The translations under genes were made by a program, and so were the position numbers. From positions 26,131 to 90,130 of the forward strand of contig JBJKQU010000167.1 in NCBI GenBank assembly GCA_046705025.1: 64,000 nucleotides of DNA. Reading direction: 5' to 3'. The notes beneath the pieces are model-generated. The model ran no database searches. It saw nothing but the letters and a program-made list of their open reading frames with translations, and was not told where the DNA came from. Source of the stretch: Candidatus Kryptoniota bacterium (GTDB taxonomy: Bacteria > Bacteroidota > Ignavibacteria > Kryptoniales > JAKASW01). Within the stretch, counting starts at the first letter, position 1. Every line of letters begins with the position of its first letter. Positions 18,344 through 25,869 of this stretch are shown here, one piece after another.

Positions 18344-18376
18344 AGGATACCGATAACGTTCATTTCCGCCTTTCAT

Positions 18377-18418
18377 CTTTTGCCCTTAGCCTTTTGCCTT
18401 TGGCCTTTTACTTACATC
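18377..18418 (+). repeat. three tandem 14-nt pyrimidine-rich repeats in the intra-operon gap
   Basis: CTTTTGCCCTTAGC / CTTTTGCCTTTGGC / CTTTTACTTACATC starting at 18377, 18391 and 18405, inside the only long (110-nt) gap of the operon. Confidence 0.6.
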
Positions 18419-18453
18419 GAAGCAAACAATTGAAATTTCTGATCAGGTGAAAA

Positions 18454-19281
18454 ATGTTTCCATGGGTTTACGGATTCACATGGCAGGCCGGCGACATAAT
18501 CTTTCTGACGATTTTCTACACTGTTGCTGGCGTCATCTTGATAACTCTCACGACAGCGGTACTTCGGGCGCTACGCGATCTCGAGTCGGGCCACGTCGAC
18601 GAGATAAAGTGGTATATCGACTTCAACGACCTTCCGGAACGGGGAAAGACCTGTCGTCATGTCTTCACTGGAGAGCTCGACAGGCGCACATGCAGGAACG
18701 GGTTCGACTGCCGAACCTGCAAACTGCATGCTGAGCTCACCGCGGCTGGGACTGCTTCAAAAGCCGGTGCAGCCGACGGCTCGCTATTCGGTCTGGATAT
18801 GCCTGCTGACCGCCTGTATCATCGCGGGCACACATGGGTGCACGTAGAACCTGATGGTACACTGATGGTCGGCCTCGACGAGTTCGGAAAGCACATAATC
18901 GGCAGGAGCACTCAAGCCGAGCTTCCCGGACCGGGGACAAAACTGACGGTCAACGGAACCGGCTGGTTCCTCAGAAGCGGCGATTTCAGAGCCCGTGTGC
19001 TTTCTCCCGTCAACGGTGAAGTTGTCTCGGTCGGCGGGATGGATGCGGGCTATTATCTCAGAGTGAAACCGGAAGGCAGTTCTGACTTGCGGCATCTGCT
19101 GAGAGGCGCGGAGATTCGACCGTGGATGACGAGAGAACTGGAGCGTCTTCAGGCCGCGCTAAGCGCAGATCGCACCGGAGTCAGCCTCGCGGACGGCGGC
19201 GAACTGGTAGACGATATGCCGGCGAATTACCCCGATGCGGACTGGGAGAATGTCATGGGTGAGATGTTCCTGGAGCCTTAG
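18454..19281 (+). CDS. single-pass membrane protein with 4-Cys module, GcvH-fold domain (lipoyl Lys replaced) and ADGG tail (operon gene 7)
   Basis: 275-aa ORF; TM helix (IIFLTIFYTVAGVILITLTTAVL) followed by RALR; Cys module CRHVFTGELDRRTCRNGFDCRTC. Gapless alignment to E. coli GcvH from HTW (HEW) to VNGEVVSV puts Asp where the lipoyl Lys sits. Tail contains GVSLADGGELVDD. Confidence 0.75.
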   Translation: MFPWVYGFTWQAGDIIFLTIFYTVAGVILITLTTAVLRALRDLESGHVDEIKWYIDFNDLPERGKTCRHVFTGELDRRTCRNGFDCRTCKLHAELTAAGTASKAGAADGSLFGLDMPADRLYHRGHTWVHVEPDGTLMVGLDEFGKHIIGRSTQAELPGPGTKLTVNGTGWFLRSGDFRARVLSPVNGEVVSVGGMDAGYYLRVKPEGSSDLRHLLRGAEIRPWMTRELERLQAALSADRTGVSLADGGELVDDMPANYPDADWENVMGEMFLEP

Positions 19282-19430
19282 CAGGCTGTTGACATACCCG
19301 CCTAAGTGCCCGCGAAAGACGCGAAAAGGCACGAATACAAAAGGTTTTTGCACGTTTAGTGTATTTCGTGGGCAAATACTTCCTCTTTTTCAACAGTCTA
19401 CTAAAAGCACGGCGACCGCCGCCGAATTTT

Positions 19431-19456
19431 CCGGGGCGATGCATGCGTCGCCCCGG
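19431..19456. terminator. GC-rich hairpin between convergent operons (probable intrinsic terminator)
   Basis: ccggggcga-tgcatgcg-tcgccccgg has a 9-bp stem and 8-nt loop, followed by ACCTTTTCACCTTT on the plus strand. It lies 7 nt from the stop of the minus-strand regulator gene. Confidence 0.5.
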
Positions 19457-19462
19457 ACCTTT

Positions 19463-20821
19463 TCACCTTTCTATTTCATACTTCTTGATCTTCTCGTAGA
19501 GAGTGGACCTGTCTATACCGAGCACCCACGCTGCTTCCTTTATATTGCCGTGAGTTCGTTTGATCGTGGCCCGTATCACTTCCTTCTCCACATCTTGAAG
19601 GGCCATGTTATCCGGCACGTTCCACGACTGCCTCCGTGACCCGTTCCCCTCCAGGAACCCGAAGTCTTCTTCAGTGAAGACCTTGTTTTTACAGGTAACC
19701 ATCGCCCGCTCAACCGCATTCTCCAGTTCTCTTACATTCCCGGACCAGTTGTAGTCCATCAGAAGCTTAAGTCCCGATTCAGTGATGTCGCATATATCTT
19801 TCCCCAGCTCGTGAGAGAGCCTTTCCGCAAAATACCTGGCCAACAACGGGATATCCTCTCTTCTTTCGCGGAGCGGTGGAATTTGAATGTTTATGACATT
19901 CAGACGGTAATAAAGATCATCGCGGAAAGTCCCGGCTTCTACCTCCTTGGCAAGGTCTCTGTTGGTTGCAGCGATGACGCGCACGTCGACGGTTATCTCC
20001 TCTGTTCCGCCGACCCTGTAAAAACTCCTTTCCTGGAGCACCCGAAGCAAATCCATCTGCAACTTGGGAGATATGTCGCCTATCTCATCGAGGAAAATCG
20101 TTCCGCCGTCCGCTAGCTCGAACTTCCCCTTCCTCTGAGAGACCGCCCCGGTGAACGAACCTTTTTCATGGCCGAACAGCTCCGATTCAAGAAGAGTCTC
20201 GGCCAGTGCCGCACACGAAACGCCGACGAACGGCTTCTGTCCGCGGTCGCCGGAGTAATGAATAGCCCTCGCAATGAGCTCCTTACCCGTTCCGCTTTCC
20301 CCTTGAATGAGGACAGTGCTTTTCAGACTCGATATATCCTGAACAAGCTGGAAGATTTCCTGCATCTTCGGATTCTTGCTGATGATATCGTGGAAGCTGT
20401 ATTGCTTCATAAGCCTCTGCCGCAGAATCAAGTTCTCGCGCTGGAGATTCTTCACCTTCATGATTCGCTCTACAAGGATCGAGATCTCCTTCGGATTGCA
20501 CGGCTTCACTATATATTCCTGTGCCCCCTCTTTCATCGCGAGTATCGCCGTGTCGACGGTGGCATAAGCGGTGATTATGATTATCGACGCGTCGGGATGG
20601 ATCTTCCTAATCTCCATCATCGTTTCGATCCCGTCTATGCCGCCCGGCATCTTCAAATCGACGAAGTAAATGGCATAGTCCTTCTCGTTCGATTTCTCGA
20701 TAGCTCCCTTTCCGGACGCAGCGGCATCAACGGCGTATCCGTCCTCCCGCAGCCACGCGACCAATGATTCCCTCATTATCTCTTCGTCGTCCACGACCAG
20801 AATTTCCCATTGAGTTTTCAT
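19463..20821 (-). CDS. sigma-54-dependent response regulator (NtrC family: REC + AAA+ + Fis-type HTH)
   Basis: 452-aa ORF; REC (ILVVDDEE...FVDLKMPG), Walker A GESGTGKE, GAFTGA variant GSFTGA, C-terminal HTH (AAWVLGIDRSTLYEKIKKY). Confidence 0.93.
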   Translation of the reverse strand: MKTQWEILVVDDEEIMRESLVAWLREDGYAVDAAASGKGAIEKSNEKDYAIYFVDLKMPGGIDGIETMMEIRKIHPDASIIIITAYATVDTAILAMKEGAQEYIVKPCNPKEISILVERIMKVKNLQRENLILRQRLMKQYSFHDIISKNPKMQEIFQLVQDISSLKSTVLIQGESGTGKELIARAIHYSGDRGQKPFVGVSCAALAETLLESELFGHEKGSFTGAVSQRKGKFELADGGTIFLDEIGDISPKLQMDLLRVLQERSFYRVGGTEEITVDVRVIAATNRDLAKEVEAGTFRDDLYYRLNVINIQIPPLRERREDIPLLARYFAERLSHELGKDICDITESGLKLLMDYNWSGNVRELENAVERAMVTCKNKVFTEEDFGFLEGNGSRRQSWNVPDNMALQDVEKEVIRATIKRTHGNIKEAAWVLGIDRSTLYEKIKKYEIER

Positions 20822-21483
20822 TTATGTAGCTCCACGACATTTTTGCTTTTCTTTGAATCTTTCTTCAGTAGTCTCAGGTTCTCTTCCAGCACGACCCAGC
20901 AGCTTTCACAGAAATTTTCCGACTTCACATCGATTTGCAGAATCTCCGTCGAAAGACACATCAGGCAAGACTTGTCGGTGCAATGTACCAGCCCGAACGT
21001 GTGGCCGAGTTCGTGAGACACCTCTTTCCTGATCCTCCTGACCGTAAGGTCCCTGTCGGGCGGGAGCCCGTAGAATTCCTGTTCGAGCCTTGCAAGCGAG
21101 ACAATGGCCACCTTGTTAATCCCGAAATCCGCGTCCTGAGGCATAGAGAGTTGCGCCTGCCCGTAAACGAAGGTCACCATCGGAATGAACAGGTCGACAT
21201 CGGTTATGGCCAGAAGCCGCTCCGCGCCGGGCGGGCTGTATGAATCGAGACGACGCAGTATCACGGTCGAGCTGTACTGACCGCGCTTGCCGTCGTACGC
21301 ATAGCCCGGGTCGGGCAGAAACGCCGCGGCCGCCGAAGCTTCGTCGACATGGTTTCCGCGTAAGGTGCCGGCCGCCGACGCCTCCAGTCCAAACATTTCT
21401 CTTACGTGCCGCGCGACCATGAGCAGGACCCCCTGGCTTACATGGCCAATTCCCAGAATCTGAACGACCGGATTCCCGCTCAA
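20818..21483 (-). CDS. archaemetzincin-type zinc metallopeptidase (peptidase M54)
   Basis: 221-aa ORF with the full archaemetzincin signature HELGHTFGLVHCTDKSCLM...CESC (HExxHxxGxxHC-x4-CxM-x16-CxxC). Apparent TTG start overlaps the kinase stop; ATGA overlap with the regulator start. Confidence 0.88.
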   Translation of the reverse strand: MSGNPVVQILGIGHVSQGVLLMVARHVREMFGLEASAAGTLRGNHVDEASAAAAFLPDPGYAYDGKRGQYSSTVILRRLDSYSPPGAERLLAITDVDLFIPMVTFVYGQAQLSMPQDADFGINKVAIVSLARLEQEFYGLPPDRDLTVRRIRKEVSHELGHTFGLVHCTDKSCLMCLSTEILQIDVKSENFCESCWVVLEENLRLLKKDSKKSKNVVELHK

Positions 21484-23105
21484 CTCTTCACCTCTCCGCC
21501 CGCAGCCGGAACCTGCCCCGGAGCCGTCGCACGCTCTATCGGAAGCGTCACTTTAAACGTAGTGCCCTCACCCGGTGCACTGCTGACTTCGATATCACCC
21601 CCGTGGGCGTCCACGATTCCGTATACGACCGACAGACCGAGACCTACGCCTTTCGATTCTCCTTTGGTAGTGAAAAACGGATCGAAGATCTTGGACATTA
21701 TCTCTTTTGAAATTCCGTCCCCGGTATCCGATATCTCCAGACTTATCGAGCCCTCTTCCCGCTTCGTGATAATTGAAACTTTGCCGCCCTCTTTGTTTTG
21801 ACACGCCTCCGCGCCGTTCATGACAAGGTTAATGATTACCTGTTGCATCTGTGAGCTGTCACACTCTATCCTCGGGAGGTCGTCGGTAAGGTGCAGGTCG
21901 AGCCCGACATTGCCGAGCTCCAGCCTGTGCCGCAGGATGAGCAGCGTGCTTCTTATCACCCCGTTGAGATCGACATTCGTGCTTTGAGGTTTTGAGCGTC
22001 TTGAGAAGGCAAGCAGGTCGGAGACAATTCTCCCTACACGGGTCGTCTCGTTTATTATTTGCGTCAAATACTTCTTGAAATCCGGAACCCGGTCCTGAGG
22101 TATCCCGTCGTCCTTGAGGATTCTGTCGAGGAGCATGGCAAGATTCAACACTCCGGAAATGGGATTATTGATTTCGTGCGCAACAGTCGCCGACAGCTGG
22201 CCCAGAGAAGCAAGCCTGTCGCTCTGAAGTATCTTCTTGTGCGCCAGCTCGAGCTCTCTAGTCCTTTCCTTTACCTTTATCTCCAGACTCTCTCTGGCCT
22301 GGTTAAGTTCCGCCATCGCCCGGTTTAGCCGCTCACTCATTAGATTGAACGCCTGGGCCAGCTGCTCCAATTCTCTGCTTGAGCTGATCTCGACGACGTT
22401 GCCCAGTTTCATCTGGCTGACGGCTCGCGTACCCTCTATCAACTTACGAATAGGTCTCCCCACAAACCTTCTGGTGAATAGCACGATAAACAGGCCGATG
22501 AAAAAGATTTGTATCCCTGTAACAACGTACACCTCGACCCTGGCGGCCTGCATTTCCTGATCGAGCGGCTTTAGGTCAAGAGCAACATCGAGAACTCCAA
22601 GCACGTTCGTCGTTCTCGGATGAGCGTGACAGCTCGCGTCGCTGCAAGAAGGCTCGTTATAGATGGGAGTTATCATCGCCAGCTGCCGGCTCCCCTGGAC
22701 TGTCCTTATGATCCGCGCGCGGGAAGAGGCGTCTATATTCACAAGCGGCTGGAATGATGAGTGACACATCGCGCAGGCTTCTGCTTTCTTGTTGACCAGC
22801 TTTTCGTCGTCGGGCTTTGTGGAAAACATCACCCGCCCTTCTTTGTTAAAAATCCTGATCCTGCTGATTCCCTGGTTCGCCGAGATAGTTCTCATTACCT
22901 CGTAAGCGGCGCTTCGATCGTCTGCCAGCATAGCGTGCCAAGTCGCGCTGGCTATACCCCGTGAGAGCTGGTCCGCACCGGTTATCATTGCCTGCAAGAT
23001 CTGTCTCTCTTGATTCTTCAAGCTGATATAGCTCGAAACCCCGGAGACGACGATCACGATTATCGTGAGAGACGTGACTATTTGCTGAGATAGTCTTTTG
23101 AACAT
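21480..23105 (-). CDS. sensor histidine kinase with periplasmic CxxCH-containing domain, HAMP, HisKA, HATPase
   Basis: 541-aa ORF; TM1 (res ~10-28), ~160-aa periplasmic region with CAMCH and CSDASCHAH, TM2 (~193-212), HAMP, H-box ATVAHEINNP, N/G boxes (NLVMNGAEA, GVGLGLSV). Confidence 0.9.
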   Translation of the reverse strand: MFKRLSQQIVTSLTIIVIVVSGVSSYISLKNQERQILQAMITGADQLSRGIASATWHAMLADDRSAAYEVMRTISANQGISRIRIFNKEGRVMFSTKPDDEKLVNKKAEACAMCHSSFQPLVNIDASSRARIIRTVQGSRQLAMITPIYNEPSCSDASCHAHPRTTNVLGVLDVALDLKPLDQEMQAARVEVYVVTGIQIFFIGLFIVLFTRRFVGRPIRKLIEGTRAVSQMKLGNVVEISSSRELEQLAQAFNLMSERLNRAMAELNQARESLEIKVKERTRELELAHKKILQSDRLASLGQLSATVAHEINNPISGVLNLAMLLDRILKDDGIPQDRVPDFKKYLTQIINETTRVGRIVSDLLAFSRRSKPQSTNVDLNGVIRSTLLILRHRLELGNVGLDLHLTDDLPRIECDSSQMQQVIINLVMNGAEACQNKEGGKVSIITKREEGSISLEISDTGDGISKEIMSKIFDPFFTTKGESKGVGLGLSVVYGIVDAHGGDIEVSSAPGEGTTFKVTLPIERATAPGQVPAAGGEVKS

Positions 23106-23511
23106 ACCTTTGCCGCCTTCCAGTCCCGGTCAACCCGCGAGATTTTCCAAGCTAGAAACGAATGTCGCGAGACCTTTTGCAGCTTATACAACTGCTTTCA
23201 CATCTGCATTTTGAGGTTCTTAAGCATACCGCCTGGGGGGTGAGAAACGAGCCCGCCTGATTCGTTAAATTATGGACGATTCAGATGAGTTTCAATTCAT
23301 ACCGGGCCGCATATTCCACCTTTTCAATCGGGAGGGGAAGAAGGCTTCGCTCTGGAGGCACGCGACCGTGAGCCGAGGGACTGGCGGATGCTCTCAGCTG
23401 TAATCTATATTTGCAGATAATTCTTTGACCCGTCTCTCGAAGAGCCGGAAATAAGAATGATGTTGAATTAATTCACCCGTCGGATTTATATTGTGCGAAA
23501 GGAAATCGCAA

Positions 23512-23796
23512 ATGGCAAGAACAGTAAGGTCGAGAAGAACTGAGAGGCAGAGGAAGTCGAAGATTTCCCAGGAAATGCCCTTGAAACCGCTGAATTACAA
23601 GATAATCATCGGGGGCGCGCTGCTTATCATCGCGAGCTATGTGCTGCTTGCCACTAATAACACGGTATACGGTTTCATACCCCTCGATGTCGTGCCGATC
23701 CTCCTATTCATAGGGTATATTATTGTAGTCCCAATTGGGATCTTGTACAAAGGAAAGAAGAAGCAGGTCAGCCAGGGGCAGCCCGCGTCAAAATAG
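23512..23796 (+). CDS. small two-TM membrane protein (DUF3098-like)
   Basis: Start set at ATG 23512 (AAGGAAA upstream); basic N-terminus then two hydrophobic helices; resemblance to DUF3098 is from memory only. Confidence 0.5.
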   Translation: MARTVRSRRTERQRKSKISQEMPLKPLNYKIIIGGALLIIASYVLLATNNTVYGFIPLDVVPILLFIGYIIVVPIGILYKGKKKQVSQGQPASK

Positions 23797-24258
23797 CTTT
23801 CCTTGCCTTAATCCCCGCGGAAGTATTATCCCATCGCTCGAGAGACTCTCAAAGAGTCCCACGAATCAATGTTATTTCGATGTGGTTGTCCGTCCCCTGC
23901 CAACACTGTTGGCGTCTTCGGCTACGTAATCCACCGCTAGTGGCATTTTCTTTCTCCTTTTTCCCGACAAAGTCCATGCCATGTCGTGGCTTGTTATAGG
24001 ATAGTTGTCAATATGCTTGGCTTCCGTTCCCGCCCCCGGAGTCTCAAAATCCGAATCGGGAAGGAGAAGCAGCCATCAAGCCGATAATAGAAAGAAAATA
24101 CCGTCGAGCGTTTCCAAATGAGGGACGAGCGCTTTGAACTGACGGACAAGCTCTCCGAAACGAGGGACGATTATTTCAAACTTTCATGTAGCCCGTTCGA
24201 AAGATGAGCTAATCGATTACAGTCAGCAGACGAGATCACCGGATCTCCGGACACGGGT

Positions 24259-25341
24259 TCAATGCCGGCCCACGGAAATCTCGTCTCCGGTCGCGGACTG
24301 CCTTTCGAACGTGACGAGCTCGGTCATCTCGGGAACAAGCGGCTTCTTCTCGAAATAATTGAATCTCCTCGTCGACCTGTTAGGGAGATACACTTTTCCG
24401 ATAATCTTGTAGTTCGCTTCCGCAAACATTCGCTGAACTTCAAAAGGATAATCTGCAACCCCTGCTTCTCCGATTTCCTGCGCTACGATGATCGAGACTC
24501 TCCCCCCGGTCTTCAATATCCTGTTGGCTTCTCTGAAGACGGTCTTGAACTTCATCTTGAAGTTTGAAAGGGCTACAGACAGATCCTCCGTTCCCGAATA
24601 GAATTCGTCCGGCAGATCAACGAAAAGGTAATTGACGGAATCTGATTCGACAGGGACACCTGTAAGGAAGACATTGTTCTGCTTTATCCGGTCGTCGGAG
24701 GGTTCATTGTCGAGGAGTTGGTAACGCCGGTCACCGAAATAGGCTATCTTGTCGACGACGTCTCCGAGTGTGCCGCTGCCGGCAAAGGGATCGACGATGA
24801 ATGCGCCATGATCGGTGTAGTGATAGATGGCGTTTGCGACGATCTGACCGGCGATTCGTCCTTTGTAGCCGGGCTTTCCGAAGCGCGGGTCCGGCACATC
24901 GAAATTCCAGACGTTCGAGTTGCGGAGGTCAAAGCCGAACTTAGTCCGCTCCGCTTCACGCTCCGTCAGCACATCTTCGCGAATCTTCTTCCTCAGCTCG
25001 GCTATCGTCCACTTGTTCTGAATCGCTTCCTTCTCGTAGTCTTTTCGCCTTTCCTCGTCGCCGATCTTTGTCGCCAGCTCAAAATAGAAGCTCTCGGGAA
25101 GCTTCCGTCTTTTCAGGTCCGGATAGTAGGTGAAGTACATCTGGCATTGTTTGAGGAGGCTCGGTTGAAACTTGAAACCGGGATACGAGGTAAGGACTCT
25201 ATATAGCTCCTCCTCTGATAACTTGTTTGACTTCGCGTACGGCAGGACCTTTTCGACGATAAACCTGCCGACATCCCAGAAGCTGTCGACGGACAGAGAG
25301 TTCAATCTCTCGGCTAGCTTTTGCAGTGGATCAGTTTTCAT
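24259..25341 (-). CDS. atypical SAM-dependent amino-methyltransferase-like protein (orphan)
   Basis: Motif I region SNVWNF...[35 protein letters not shown] resembles N4/N6 DNA methylases. The motif IV position reads FVDLPDEFY rather than (D/N/S)PP(Y/F). Start set at ATG 25339-25341, forming an ATGA overlap with the upstream stop. Confidence 0.55.
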   Translation of the reverse strand: MKTDPLQKLAERLNSLSVDSFWDVGRFIVEKVLPYAKSNKLSEEELYRVLTSYPGFKFQPSLLKQCQMYFTYYPDLKRRKLPESFYFELATKIGDEERRKDYEKEAIQNKWTIAELRKKIREDVLTEREAERTKFGFDLRNSNVWNFDVPDPRFGKPGYKGRIAGQIVANAIYHYTDHGAFIVDPFAGSGTLGDVVDKIAYFGDRRYQLLDNEPSDDRIKQNNVFLTGVPVESDSVNYLFVDLPDEFYSGTEDLSVALSNFKMKFKTVFREANRILKTGGRVSIIVAQEIGEAGVADYPFEVQRMFAEANYKIIGKVYLPNRSTRRFNYFEKKPLVPEMTELVTFERQSATGDEISVGRH

Positions 25342-25760
25342 TTTGACTCCGAGTTGATTCCTTTGTGTTCCTTTGCCCAATTTCGAACATAAGCGACTAT
25401 ATCTGAAGTCAACGTGCCCGGCGTAAACAGTTCACCCACACCCATTTCTTTCAAAGCATTGATGTCTTTATCGGGGATTATGCCGCCGCCGAAAAGCAGG
25501 ACGTCGCCGAGTCCCTTTTCCTTCATGAGGCCCAGAACCTTAGGGAAGATTGTCATGTGGGCGCCGCTCAGAAGGCTGATTCCGATTACATCCGCATCTT
25601 CCTGGAGCGCCGCTTCTACGATCATTTCAGGGGTCTGCCGTAAGCCGGTATAGATGACTTCCATACCCGCATCTCTCAAGGCGGCCGCAACTACTTTGGC
25701 TCCTCTGTCATGACCGTCGAGTCCTGCCTTCGCGACCAGGATGCGAATCTTCCTTTCCAT
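25338..25760 (-). CDS. stand-alone cobalamin (B12)-binding domain protein (methylmalonyl-CoA-mutase small-subunit-like)
   Basis: 140-aa ORF; [34 protein letters not shown] contains the DxHxxG base-off/His-on motif (DGHDRG); GISLLSGAH and GGGIIP blocks. Confidence 0.88.
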   Translation of the reverse strand: MERKIRILVAKAGLDGHDRGAKVVAAALRDAGMEVIYTGLRQTPEMIVEAALQEDADVIGISLLSGAHMTIFPKVLGLMKEKGLGDVLLFGGGIIPDKDINALKEMGVGELFTPGTLTSDIVAYVRNWAKEHKGINSESK

Positions 25761-25869
25761 TACAAACCTTTCGTACTTGTGGAGAGCACTTGTGTTGTAA
25801 AAGACGTGTAGACGGGGCTCTTGTCACGGAGTCCTCTGAGGCGCAAATTTATTTTCCTCGCCAGGTGAA

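Noticed and set aside
23797-24258. 460-bp gap scanned for genes or remnants (for example the 28-codon ATG ORF MRDERFELTDKLSETRDDYFKL...)
   Set aside because: Only very short ORFs without recognisable similarity are present. No repeat, RNA motif or mobile-element end could be supported.
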